From Stegostoma tigrinum (taxonomy: Eukaryota), in contig NC_081404.1 in assembly GCF_030684315.1 (NCBI RefSeq), positions 12,963,140-13,027,139 of the forward strand: a DNA stretch of 64,000 nt. Reading direction: 5' to 3'. Every line of letters starts with the position of its first letter. The stretch's first letter is position 1. The notes below the pieces were generated by a model, which saw only the letters and a list, made by a program, of their open reading frames with translations, had not been told where the DNA came from and did no database searches. Positions 1-13,230 of the stretch are shown here, one piece after another. Made by a program: the position numbers and the translations under genes.

Positions 1-605
1 AGCTATGTTCCAGTTGCCAATCCCAATAAACTGCACCTCCCAGTCACGAACCATTTTCAACTCCCCCGTCCATTCCTCAGATGAGATGTCCATCCTAGGC
101 CTCCTGCAGTGCCACAACGATGCCACCCAAAGGTTGCAGTACAGCAACTCCTATTCTGCTTGGGAACCCTGCAGCCCAAATGGTATCAATGTGGATTTCA
201 CAAGCTTCAAAATCTCCCTCCCCCTACTGCATCCCAAAACCAGCCCAGCTCGTCCCCGCCTCCCTAACCTGTTCTTCCTCTCACCTATCCCCTCCTCCCA
301 CCTCAAGCTGCACCTCCATTTCCTTCCCACTGACCTCATCCCACCCCCTTAACCTGTCCATCCTCCCCAGACTGACCTATCCCCTCCCTACTCCTCACCT
401 ACACTCACCTCTACTGGCTCCACCCCTGCCTGTTCCCTCCCCACCTATCTTCTCCTCTATCCGCCTCCCCTTCTCTCCCTATTTATTTCAAAACCCTCTT
501 CCCCTGCCACATTTCTGAAGGAGGGTCTAGGCTCGAAACGTTAGATTTTCTGCTCCTAAGATGCTGCTTGGCCTGCTTTGTTCATCTAGCTCCACACTTT
601 TGAGA
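1..605 (+). mobile_element. Penelope-like element 3' fragment (family 1) with a degenerate hammerhead core at 515-542
   Basis: Encodes …GLLQCHNDAT…GINVDFTSFKIS; same 3' UTR as the 30-32 kb element. Confidence 0.85.
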
Positions 606-791
606 CATCAGTTTGACTGAGACTAAACTACAATACAGTGTCATTATTATAAATTTGTGGTTGAAGGAAGTAGTTCCCAGTGATCTTCTTTTAGGCCAGA
701 TCAACAGGATTATAAACATAGGTGGTTTTAATGAAAGAAGATTAAAGTAGAAGATTGAGCTTAATATAAAAATCAAAAAAGTCACACTTAC

Positions 792-825
792 GTGATTCGA
801 TTTACTGTTGCATCTTCATTATTGT
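792..825 (-). CDS. LMBR1L: LMBR1L coding exon 3 (34 nt); the gene continues beyond the left edge
   Basis: tttAG acceptor, (D)NNEDATVNRI, GTAAGT donor. Matches the DDEDATVNKIA segment of LMBR1L. Confidence 0.88.
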
Positions 826-3809
826 CTAAAGATAGATAATTTCATATTACATGTTACATGTTAGAATTACTGCATTATTCTTACAACAATGGATTTCTTT
901 GCTGATTAAATGTACAATTGGCCACATGGCTACTTTCCTGATGGTGGGAAAATATATACAACGATAGATTTTTAGGATTCAACTAGGAAGATGCTCTGTA
1001 ACACCTTTCAGGCTAATCAAGTTGTCAGAGTCCCAACAGTACTCCGATATCATAAGCTTCACTTCCAAACTTCAGGTGTTAGTCATCTTGGTTCAAGACT
1101 TAAAGGACTATAAAAGATAGAAAACATTTAATATATTCCAGGTTTTCATTCTCAGAAATATCATTTTGATTTAACTTCCAGTCTTAAGAACACAGAGTGA
1201 ATCAGAAAAAAGCCATCTGACATCAAGGTCACATCACCCAGAGACTATGCATGATTATTCCATCACAGATGCTCTACTGAGAAGAGGAAGCCAAGTTCCT
1301 TTCCAGAAGTAAAACAAACAGTTCCATCTCTATCAACTTCAAATCTTCATTCTGAACAGACAACAATTCAATTCTATTTGGAAGTTTTATTTCATCTCAG
1401 ACCAACCTAGAGAGTTTTTTCCACATATCCACTATCTTGTGCCCCTGCCCTCCAATCCCAGCCCCATCCCCACTAATTTAGCTTCACTCTAAATCACCAG
1501 TTTAATTCTCCATCCCTCTTGGAGCTCTCCAGATTTGTACTTGCGCACTGTAAATCAACCTAGTTCAAGCACTTCACTTTTCTAGAAGTTACTTTATAGT
1601 TCTCTGGTTTTAACAATGACTTCAACAGACCAAAAAAAGAAGCTTTAGCATGATCAGTGACCCCACACCCAAAAGAATGCAGCAGTTCACTACCACCTTC
1701 TCCAGGGCGTTTAAGGATGGGCAAAAAAGCTGGCCTAGGCAGCAACGCTCAAATCCCATAAACAATATTTTTTTTAAAAAAGAAAACTTTTCTCAAAAAA
1801 AACAAAACAATAACAGATCCTTTTTCTCTACATTTGGAAACAGTCCCAATGTGGGAGAAACATGCATTATTTGGAGGGTGACCCTCAAATAGGGATCCTC
1901 CATCGAAACCTTGCACAGGGTGACAGTTGGGATTGACATTTTTCTTTGGCCAATATAGCTAGATTCTACTTCACTTTGCCACCTTTTTTGTTAATGCTTC
2001 AGATCTGCCTCAACCACACCATATCTCAAAGGAACAAGAGCAAAAAACATCTTTAAAGGTCAGATCTGAAAATAAAAAGGCTAATTTTGGGCAGTATTCT
2101 ATTTTCTTAGTCTTCTGTAAGAAGGGCCAGTTCTCACCAGCTGTATGTCTGACTTCACTTCACCCACCATTAATAGCCATGCCTTCAGAGGTCTATACCC
2201 CAAGCTCTGAAATCTCACAACAACCTCTGTTTCCACACTCAAGTTTCTTTGGCAAGTTTTTAGGCAGCCAATTTCTGATCTCAGTCTTCAGCTTGACATC
2301 ATTTTATCAAATTACATCAACATGTATTTTTCACACCTCCCAAGACTACTGTAGCCCAAAAATCAAAATCTACAGGATAATTTGTTTTCACCCAAAAAAC
2401 TCAACTGAGCAGCATTTCATCAATGGCTCTGGTGATATTTGTGGCTACAGTAATATGCCAATACACACTCTTCATTAGGAGAGGAATATGTCCAGAACAT
2501 TTAACAAGAAGCTAAGGAGGTTTAAGCCATACTCAGACGTCACTGCCTGTCCGTCGGTACATGACCCTATCAAATAATAGGCAGTCTTGGCACCATATGA
2601 ATAACTGAAACAACATGAAAACGTGAATAAAAATAGCCCCTGCAGCTGTTGGTTGTATTGGTCTGTGAAGTCAGAATTTGGAGGTTACTACTCTGCCTAA
2701 CCTCAAACAGCAGCAAAAGCTTTAGAAGTACGCAGGTGAATCAAACTAGCCAAATCCTTGCCTGCAAGGAATGAGCTGACCTCAACAAGGGAGGAAGTAG
2801 GACCTCTATAACCAACAACATTGGTACCCCTGGGGTTAAATAATCATCTGTGAAGGACAACTCAGGATTTCACCAGCAGCAGGCATTAAAACATTAAACT
2901 ATTTATTTTTCATAGAATAATTAAAATGATCAGCACTGCATGATTCTGTCAACAACTGGACAAAATGAAGCAGCTGAGTGTGGTTATAAAGATATACAAG
3001 ATGATCAACAAGATGTTGTGTTTATTTTCCAATCACTGCTAAAAATAGCCCTTGTCTTTCAATTTTTCCACACAAACCCCAGCTCAGCTGACAGGGTAAG
3101 CGATAATAACCTTAGAGTAAATTAAACAGCCTTCGAAACAAACCCAACAATGGAACCATGCCCTGTGAGTGAAAACAAGTCTCAACATTTAATATGAATC
3201 TGATGGAACAAATCCTCCTCTCCCTCCCAACCACTTCTCCTGAGGGCAAGGTTCTGCATTGGGAGAGCTGTCGTGACTTTTAAAAATACGATAACAGCAT
3301 TGACAAGAGTGACAAAGACAATTGCACATTAATTGATGGCAAGGCTTTTTGCAAAAAAAAAAGTCACCATGCTGCTGGCAAGAGTCTACATCACTCAGCT
3401 TTCTTGATGCAAAAAAAAACCTTGAATTTTATCATTCAGAGCTGCACCAGGTAAATAGTATGAATTTTTAAAATAAAAAAGGTCAAGATTAAGCTGGGTG
3501 AAAGTGAGGTTTTAGAGGGTGCAGACAGAGTAGCAAAGTTTTTTGTATAAATACTTTAAACGGGTTAGTCATTGCTCAGGAGCATATCAAAGTGAAAATT
3601 TTGATTTTTCTTCTTCTAAAGTTGTGTTACTATCAAGTTTTAACAAATTCTTTATTGCAGTCCACTTTATCAACAGCCCACAGAAATCCGAATAATGATA
3701 GTAAAGCTGTTATTTATCAAATGATATAAAAATATGGGATAGTTCAAGCTCATGTATTTCAGCTAGGACTCATCTTTTCTGAAGATCATTAAAACACTAA
3801 AGTTAAAAA

Positions 3810-3978
3810 AGTGACAAAAACTCAGCAGGTCTGGCAGCATCTGTGGCAACAGAAACAGTTAATGTCTTGGATTAGACAAAGGGTCACTGGACTTGAAATA
3901 TTAACTCAGTTTTTCTCTTCACAGATGCTGGCGGACCTACTGTGTCTCATCAGCACTTTTAGATTTCCAGCATCCACA
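3810..3978. mobile_element. Decayed fold-back PLE family-2 pLTR (related pieces at ~7600-7790, ~25630-25715, ~42160-42220, ~43385-43450)
   Basis: CTCAGCAGGTCTGGCAGCATCTGTG followed by an inverted CACAGATGCTGGCGGACCTACTG; matches the 3' end of the 47.9-49.4 kb element. Confidence 0.6.
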
Positions 3979-4727
3979 TTAATTGTAAAATGTGTTGTTT
4001 TTTCAATTTAAAAAAAAAATCAGGTTTCGTTGCATTTCAATTATCATGCCATAAAAGGTGTTTTGTTTCCCCTACATTGAAACAATAAAATGCAGTATCT
4101 GCAATTTAAACATATGCAATTCTTCAACATCTCAGCAGTCCAATCAACTTGGTTTACAAAGGGTCACCTTTCATTTCAGCGCTCAGTGCACTTGGAACAG
4201 AATACTCACTTTGAAACCTTAGATGGAACCTGCACACATAAACAAACCATCACTCATCAGGACTTTCAGGCTGTCAGCCACCACCCTTTTCAGATATACA
4301 TTACACAACAACTTGCACTTGTATCACACCTCTGTCACAGTAACAATGTAATCTGTTCCCGTGTGGGTGGGAAGGAAGAGAATTATTAGTTTAGGATACC
4401 CTCGGTTAACACCCTCCAAGATCAGGATGCTCCCATCTGAAAGTATCACATTAAACCTTCCTCTAGGCTTTAGCAAGAGTTACAGTACACATTGGAAGTA
4501 ACAAGATACAAAGGACCCAAGTTGTATTTATCTACATCAACACATTACATAAATAGTATCAGTGACCCTCTGGTGGTACCAGCACTCAAAGTATCCATTA
4601 TCTTACATTAGAATCAAATCATTCAGGTCTTAAGCCCAAGCCTTGGCGTGGTAATCACCTGAGACAAAGTCAGAATAAAATTATTTCAGAACTTGTAAGG
4701 GAAAAAGATTCTTGTAAAAAAAGTCAC

Positions 4728-4812
4728 CTGCTGCAAAGTCTGCATTCTTCTTAAATCGAGTGATAACGAGATAGGAGAGAACATACAAAGCAGTGAACAG
4801 TAGTGCACAGAT
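4728..4812 (-). CDS. LMBR1L: LMBR1L coding exon 2 (85 nt)
   Basis: ctctccacAG acceptor, ICALLFTALYVLSYLVITRFKKNADFAA(D), GTGACT donor. Encodes the first transmembrane helix of the LMBR1 family; phases fit exons 1 and 3. Confidence 0.9.
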
Positions 4813-6467
4813 CTGTGGAGAGAGAACATGAGAAAAAAATAAGAGCTGAAACAATTAGATCAGACAATAGAAATACCACTCAAAAAAATGTTCAAATTCA
4901 CCTTCTCCAATCATCACTTGCTGAAATTTAGGCACAAAGTGAAATCTAACTCTCATTTCAAAAGTGGAATTGAGAAAGTCTATGGTTGGCTCCTTGGGCA
5001 GTCAGCTGAGCAACACCAGGGTTCTCACTCTCAAAACGATAACCCTATTGCCTGTTGGTGGGGTATGAACAATCAGCTGCAGCACCTCCCTCCATTATAG
5101 AGCTGCTGGGCAGTGTTCACTGCTGGACTAACATTTGGGTTAAGTACCAGAGGGTGGCACACCTGCCATCGGGAAGAAGTGGAGAAACAAGATCAGGAAA
5201 ACAACCAAAATAAAACACTTCAACAAAAACTCTGAAAACAGCACCTCTTTCATGTATGCATTTACTAAATCAATCTAGTCTTAAATTCAATTGGGAGGAA
5301 TTGCTCAATGTAATAGTTGCAACAGGACTAAAACTCTGTTTTGCATTCAGACCAGTGATTTTAAAATTACTAAACAGAAGGAATTTTTCAAAAAGTGCAC
5401 AAGACACGCCAACATGCAAGTACATTTAACGAACAGAGCTGCATGCCTTCTCTTGCACTGTTCCACAAATCATGCTCTATGAAATTCTACAACTGGAGAT
5501 AACTGATCCCAGACCACAACTGCATTTTAAAGTCTCGGGGAAACACCAGAACTCTCCCCCAACCATTCCGAATAAAATAGAACAGGTATTAAATATATTA
5601 AAACACAGATAGACTTTTGCTGGTATATTAAGGGATATGGAACAACGAGTAGATCAACCATGATCTGATTGAAACGGCAGGAGAGGCTCAAGAGGTCAGA
5701 ATAGCCTATTCCTGTTCTTAATATCATACAAGAGGTAATTTCTTTAAATGCGTGCAATCTTTTTTGAAAGCTCCAGGTTTCCAAACAATGAACTATAATA
5801 CTGAGGCAAGTGTAAATTAGTCTGCTGAAAAAAAATTGTTAATAATATGACAATGATTTAAACTGATCCAGACCCAAAGATGATACAAACAACGTGGAGA
5901 AAAACAGCTCATTCCTGCCGACAAACTGGTTCCATTCTATTAAAGCTACACAGAACATGCCATTTATAACTAATATGTCTGCTCAGCAGTGACAGTGCAG
6001 TGGCAGAGGCAGGTCTTAGTCTGCTCTACTGTTCCGGATAGGAGTCAGTCAATCACAAAATTGGGGGGCACCTAGGAAATCAGGAAGAAAGGTCGCACCT
6101 GGGAAATCACAGCCCCCTCAAAAAGGAGTCATGATGTGGAGGTGCCGATGTTGGACTGGGATGGACAAAGTCAGAAATCAAGGCAGACTAACAACTGAAG
6201 GAGGAGGAGAGAAGCTTCAAATAAACCTGTTGGGCTATAACCTGGTGTTGTCTGACTTCTGACCCTCAAAAAAAAAAGGAGCCAACCACAGTCAGAGTGA
6301 TGTGAGTAATACAACACATTAAAAAAGGTGAACAAAAAAGGGGATAACAAATAAAAGAAATAGAATCTCACCAAATTGCTACAGTGTGGAAACAGGCCCT
6401 TCAGCCCAACAAGTCCACACCAACACTCAGAACATCCCACCCAGACCCATCCCCCTATAACACTGGT

Positions 6468-6770
6468 GGGGTGACACGGGTCAGTGGTGAGCAATGCCAC
6501 CTCAGTGCCAGAGACTCAGGTTCAATTCCACCCTCGGGTGACTGTCTGTGTGGAGTTTGCACATTCTCCCCGTGTCTGTGGGCTTCCTCTGGGTGCTACG
6601 GTTTCGTCCCACAGTCTAAAGATGGGTGGGTTAGGTGCATCGGCCATGTTAAATTGCCCATAGTGCTCAGGAGATGTGTAGATTAGGTGGGTTATAGGGG
6701 ATGGGTTTGGGTGGGATGCTCCAATGTGGATTTGTTGGGCCTAAAGGCCTGTTTCCACACTGTGGGGATT
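6468..6770 (+). mobile_element. tRNA-derived SINE (HE1/V-SINE-like)
   Basis: A-box and B-box-like head (TCAGTGGTGAG…GGTTCAATTCC), core GTCTGTGTGGAGTTTGCACATTCTCCCCGTG and a CR1-like tail. An inverted tail fragment sits at 6380-6460. Confidence 0.8.
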
Positions 6771-6789
6771 CCGAGATGAGAGGAGATAA

Positions 6790-6997
6790 CCCACTATACA
6801 TTCCTGAACACTATGGGCAAGTTAGCCTGGCCAATCCAACTAGCCAGCACATCTTTGGACCACGGGATGAAACCGGAGCACCTGCAAGAAACCCACGCAG
6901 ATGCAGGGAGAAGTGTACAAACTCCACACAGTCGCCAGAGGGTGGAATCGAACCTGGGTTCCTGATGCTGTGAGGCTGCAGTGCTAACCGCTGAACC
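6790..6997 (-). mobile_element. tRNA-derived SINE (HE1-like), inverted relative to its neighbour
   Basis: Reverse complement of the same head and core (GGAATCGAACC…GTGCTAACCGCTGA). Confidence 0.78.
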
Positions 6998-8724
6998 ATA
7001 GGAAGAGTACAGTATGCTGTGTGGCCTGTCAAGCTGACTCGACTATTCAATAGATGAAGATTCATTAGTCCAACTGTTAGACATGGCTCGCAATACTGAA
7101 CATGAGCATTACATGGGTCTGGCACAAGGTAGCAAAAAAAAAGGAGGGCAGAATGATCACGTTTGCAGCTTTAAATTATACTGCTGTGAAACAGTTCCCT
7201 TATGCAAAACTCAACACTTTGAAGGGAGGTGAAGAATAATTTCTCTCTTAACTCAAAAGAAGGGTCAGATCATTTTGGGGCTGCAGATCCCAAATGGTCT
7301 TTTACCCAGAAATATTCCTGCTGAAGTTCAAAAACACACAACCAAACAAACACATTAAAAACTTTGAGTTATTTTTGTAAAATACTGTCAAAGAGCCACA
7401 TAAAATTCTTACGTTACTCTGAATTAAACAGTGGCCCTGAAGGCTTACAAGCAGCCTAGACTTTAGTGCTTGCAGATATGGAAATAAATGGCTCAACTCA
7501 TTATGCCAACTCTAAATGGGGGAGGGGATGGAGTAAACAAGGGAACACTAAGACGAAAGAGAGTAAAATAGAACATAAAGGCAAAATAATGCAGTGGCTA
7601 GACAACTGAGACAAACAAACAAAAAAAAAAGTGCCGGAGAAACTCAGCAAATCTAGCATGACATGGAGAGAAAACAGAATTAATATGTTCTGAGTCCCAT
7701 GACTCCACTTCTGAAGTGGTCATGCCAGATTGGAAACACTAACTTTGTTTCTCTCTCCACACCTGTTGAGTTTCTCCAAGCCTGCTGTTACTATAGTAAA
7801 CTAGAAAGCCTACCCATTTTGTACACAGCAGGGACATCTGCGCTGCCAAATGTGTGGAACCCAATCCTAAACCATACTTCAATAACAAGCATATCCCTGC
7901 ATCGTGTATACAGATTAAATGAGCAGTTCCTCAGTTTGGGCAAAGATACAAACAAAAAAGACACGCTGCATTAGTTTGATGCAAGATCCAAGAATAGACA
8001 CAAGTATGCACAGGTCTCAAGTGACGGCCAAAAGCCACAAATGTATTTTTGTGTCAATAGATGACTGGTGCACATATAACCTACATTCCAGGCATCCACA
8101 TATGACACAGATTTTCTATCAGACATACTGCAATAAATCCAAAAAGCAAGTCAGTAAATGCTTGGCCAAAAACCAAAATAAAATACATCACTATGAAATT
8201 CTTGCAAATAGTATACACCAAACAACTAAAAATTAAAATCACATTTGGTGGATTTTATTTTAAACATTAACTCCAATTGTTCGCCATTAGTTTCTTTCAG
8301 TTGCGTACCATTCCGGCAGAAAATTTACTTTGTGCTGGAAGAAAACATATGGCTTTGTAGCATGACTTTGATGCAAAATTCATTGTTGATTTTATTTTAC
8401 ACATGTATTCCATTTGTCTGGCATCCATCCAACTACAAGAGATGTCAGAAGCATTAAATAAAACCATTTTGGATGGTGTTTTCATTTAGCACATCTTTGC
8501 TGACAGCTGAAGAAACTAACCCAAGTGGCAGAACCTGGCACAAGTATCGTGGGTTGTCGTCACTGTTGGCATCTGTTGCCACTGATACATATCAGCCTAA
8601 AGGTGTCACCATTCTTTTTGTCGTAAACTAGCAATCATGTGATAATTGTCTTCATGTCACAATTTTAAGCACATTTGGGGATCCTACTGGTCATCAGATT
8701 CTAGTTGTGTTAACATATAGAAAG

Positions 8725-9050
8725 TCATTGGTCATACAAGCACCTTCCATCCTGTGAAGATGGACAAACCAGAGCCAAAACTACATCTATCTGATGAGTA
8801 TCTGTTAGAACTGCCGCGTTTGTGATTTTGTCCTGCCAAGATATCCCCATGATGTGCAGCAGACAAAAGAAATTGAGGTCCCCATTCCCGTCTCCACCAC
8901 CACCCCCCCCCCGGCCCCGCCAAAAGACTTGTATGTCTTCCAAGTTTCACAGCCATACAAGGTGCTGAGAACACAGGCCATATAAACTGTTGACTTGGCA
9001 CACAATTTCTCCAACTGTATTGTTAAAAATCAGTGTGTTGCAAACACTGA
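8725..9050 (-). mobile_element. RTE-clade LINE remnant
   Basis: Frameshifted VYMACVLSTLYGCETW and GISWQDKITNAAVL, typical of the post-RT region of RTE elements. Confidence 0.7.
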
Positions 9051-10717
9051 AGGCCTGTGACCTTTTGTATTTCCTCTTAACGTTGCCACCAGCATTCAGA
9101 AAGTGAAAAGTTTTTAAACACTGCAGCCCATAACATCAGGTAGTTTTAATTTTCAATATGAAGACAGCGAGAGCGAGAGCTCAAATGTACAGCAACCAAG
9201 AGCAACAGCCTTAGCAGAACGCAAATTCAGACAACTCTGGACACTGGTAAATGGAGATCAGGTTGACATCAGCAAGTAGATACGTGCTTTTAATGGGAGC
9301 AAATGCCACCCCAATTGTAATGGGGTAGATAGGTTTTTAAAAAAGGTCTTGTTCTCAGTCCACATAGGAGAAGGTGCTCTACCAAGACCAAAAAAGAGAG
9401 GGTGGCAGTGGGAAATCACCTCAGCTATTCTTTGAGAATTAAGTGATAGAAGAACCTCTGATCTGATAGTTAGTTTCTGACCTGCCCTAGAAGAACACAC
9501 GAGATGGCTGAAGCACTTCAGTATAGTTTAAGTACTGAACATTTAATGGTCAGTCAAATAGTTCAACAGAATTATTCAATATTTCTGTGAATCAGAGGGA
9601 TTATTGAAGTAACTGAGCATGTCAAAATTCACTGGTCTACCAGGGATCCTAAACAAATTTGAAAACATATGAAATTCCTGAGTTCATTGTCAAAAGCATC
9701 TTAATAGATTTTTATTAGTGGAGAACAGTCCATTTGAAAACTGCAAGTGACATTACACAAAAAGTATTTAATTGATGCGATTACATGACTCATTGGAAAA
9801 GGGAGAACATGTTCACTGACATCACTACCAAAGCCAAAAATTTAACCTTGTTAATTTCCTAATCACTGAATGGAATTGTGCAGGATCAGACATACACAGA
9901 AAGTCACTGCTGCAAACAACAAATCTAACACTGAATTCCTTATCTTGTAACCATGGATTGTATTCCAAGAACCACAGGAGTCACTTATCTCATGGAATTC
10001 TTCACACTCCAGAATCTGCAATGCTGATACATTTGTAGAACAGGATGTAAAGTTAAACAGTCACAATATGCACAAAATCAGTTAACTCCTCCCATGTTAA
10101 TTTTTTTTAAAAAGTGGGGTTTATGGCTTTGAGAGTACATTACAAGGCCAGTGTAAATCCTTCTCTGCCCATCACAGCCAAAATAAATTTCCAAAGACTT
10201 GAAACATACATTTTTTTTAAAAAAGTCTAAAAGTTTCTTCAACCCTGGGGATATCTCCCTAGTCTTTGATGTTGTTCATTTGCTTGGCTTGGTTGCCCAA
10301 CATCATAGCTCCAGACTAAACCTGGCAGCACTGAAATATAAAATCGCTCAAAAGCAGCACTCAGTAATTCATGTTTTGGACAATCCAGCTTCCTCAGGTG
10401 TTACTGAGAAAGGACAAGTGGGTTAAAAGGGAGATCTGGACAGGCACTCCCCACTTCCTTCCTCTCACCTTTAACCAGTTTGCCTCTAAATTCTGTTCCT
10501 TCTCTTTGATCCACTCCTCAAAGCCTAGCTTTTTAATTAAGCATTTGGTCAACCGTATCATTCCGCGTTCAGTGTCAAATTCAGTTTGCTAAAATATTTT
10601 GGCAAAATGCCTTGGGACGTTTTGTTATCTGAAAGACACTATTCAAAAGCTGTTGTAGTAAAAGCATAGTTTCCAGTATTACAGGCATAGCTCAATTACC
10701 AACCAGGGCCTGTCAGA

Positions 10718-11000
10718 GGCAGCATAATGGCTCAGTGGTTAGCAATGCTGCCTCACAGCGTCAGGAACCCAGGTTCGATTCCACCTGTCTGTGTGGAGTT
10801 TGCCCATTCTCTCCTTGTCTGCATGGGTTTCCTCTCACAATCCAAAGATGTGGAGGCTACATGGATTGGCCGTGCTAAATGCTCCATATAGTGTTCAGGA
10901 ATGTGTAGATTAGATTGGTTACGGGTGAGGAGTCTAGGTGTAATGCTCTGAGGGTTGGTGTGGACTTGTTGGGCTGAAGAGCCTGTTTCCGCACTGTAGG
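10718..11000 (+). mobile_element. tRNA-derived SINE (HE1-like)
   Basis: TGGCTCAGTGGTTAGC…GGTTCGATTCC head, same core and tail. Confidence 0.8.
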
Positions 11001-12739
11001 GGCTTTTACATAAAAGTCCCTTTATTAATTTGTAATATTATGCACAACTTCAGAGTTTAAGAAATACTGAGAAATCATTGCAACTCTCTAAATTGCAAGG
11101 TGCATTTAAAATATACACATTAGCAGAATAGGACACCATGGGCTCTTTTCCCACAGTTCTCTAACCAGTAAGTTACCAAACATAAGCAGAAGTCATTGCA
11201 AAATTGGAAGGAGAAAATATTGTTGAATTTGTATATTAAACATCAAACTGAAGCAGAAAGTTTCACATTTTAAAACTTTGAATCCCCAGGAGGTACCCCC
11301 AAATTATAGGAATGATCACATCTCAAAAGTAATTAACTAGGTACAAAGCACTTTGGGATGTCTAAAGGTCAGAAATTGGCTATATAACTGCAAGGTTGTT
11401 TTCTCTTTTCTAAGCAAAAACAGGTTTCATGAAAATTCGCATCTTTCTTGAACTATTCAAGTGACAGAAAAGACTTCGTAACTTGATAGCCCAAATGGAT
11501 CGAGTGCCGTAAATGACTCCCTGATACAATTTGAAGAGCTGGAAGTTTTCTAGCATTAAATCATATTAAACTTAATATTTATATCTTTGATTGTAGGGCA
11601 TGTTTCATTGACTATGAAAACTGACTGCTGTGATAATCGTAAATGCCAGTCAATACACTTGGGTAATTTATGATCTAGCTATGATCTTCTTTGGAATTTC
11701 CAGTGGATATGAAATGCACTGTACATTATAAATCCTTTCTTCAAAGTCTATATACCTAAAAAAAGTTTAAAAAAAGGCTCCAGAGCACTAACTGGAGCAG
11801 AAAGAAAGATACAGACTTTCCTGCTTGAAGTCAAGTGAACATTTTCACACACAGCTGGAAGGATGGGATTGTAAACATCCCTAGCTCCCAGTATCCTGTC
11901 CCACTCGGAAAACATTGCAACAAACTCCATTGGGAGGAACTTAATCAGCCCAGAACAGTTTCCTTCTAGCTGGTTGATGGAAGTAGGTTATACTGCAGAC
12001 TCGAACCAAAAGCATAAAGATTTACGAGCCAACAATGAATCATCTTTCTGTCCTTTTGCCCGCAGACCAACAGTTTAACTATTAACTTTTAGTAACAGGT
12101 TTACAACTAAGAATCAAATCTGCTCACATCCAACACCAAACTTGGCAGCTATGAGAAAGGTCAAGGGTTCAGAAGTATCCCTTTGTCTCTCAGCTCAAAA
12201 GTTGCCGAGACAGTAAGAGATGAAACAGCGTGAAAAAAAAAGGAACAATAGATAATTCAAGGTAAGCACAATGATGGAGAGTTCCTTACTTAGAAGTCTA
12301 CTAGACAGGAAAGAAGTTTAAGGTTAGGTATGTTTTCACCAATCAGTGCCCTGATTTCCTTTGCAAGCCACTGTGCTGTTTATCCCAATGTGCACACAAT
12401 ACATTATTCCACCAGAAATGGTTAACGTTAGAAGTCATCACTGCTGTCAATAATTTTAAGTAGTGTAGAATTAGATTTTACATGAGGATGATGACAAGCC
12501 CCAAAACAGTGAAAATCAGATATACCAATTTGCTTTGGAAAGCCTCATATACGGTTGAAGGGATGTCAGTAAATAAAACACCAAAAATAAGCTCAGCAAT
12601 AGAAGGAAGAGCGTGAGCTAAAAGTCACCAATATTGACTCTGTGATTGATACAAGGCTTTTGGGACCCTCTCCCACAAAGTTTATATTGATGCAAGGCAA
12701 AAACTGCCTTTCCTAGTGATCAAGATGTTAAACTTCTTC

Positions 12740-13230
12740 AAATCATATTTTAGAATTCTCTCAGGAGAATTGTACAGCTCCCTTCATGACCTCAAGATAT
12801 CTCAAAGCACTTTGCAGCCAAAAGAAGACTTTCTCCTGAACTCTAATCACAGCACAATTCAAGGGTCCAGACCCGAAATGTCAGCTTTCCTGCTCCTCTG
12901 ATGCTGCCTGGCTTGCTGTGTTCATCCATCTCTACACCTTGTTATCACAACTGTAAACGTAGCAACTTTAAGTGATATTAACTGGGGGCTAAATATTGGC
13001 CAAAATGCCAGGGAGAACAATCTCATCCTTTGTCAACAGTGCCATTGGATGTTTTATAACCCTCAAGATGAAAGGGCATCAAGTTTACCTTCTTATCTGA
13101 AAGACAGCACCCAATATCATAGCAAATACTCTGTACTGGCCATCCAAAAACACGGCACTCAGATGGTACTGAGACCCAAACCCCAAGCCTCTACCTCAGA
13201 GGAGAGGGTGCTAATACAAATGAGCCAAAC
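12740..13230 (-). mobile_element. Deu-domain SINE (SacSINE1/AmnSINE1-like), interrupted by a PLE fragment at ~12860-12945
   Basis: TAAATATTGGCC…GGGAGAAC…GTGCCATTGGAT…TCTGAAAGACAGCACC resembles the Deu domain. Similar copies at ~20790-21010 and ~60235-60620. Confidence 0.6.

Noticed and set aside
10718-10790. Possible tRNA gene (A and B boxes)
   Set aside because: It runs straight into a SINE core and tail repeated elsewhere, with no clean acceptor stem; it is a SINE head.
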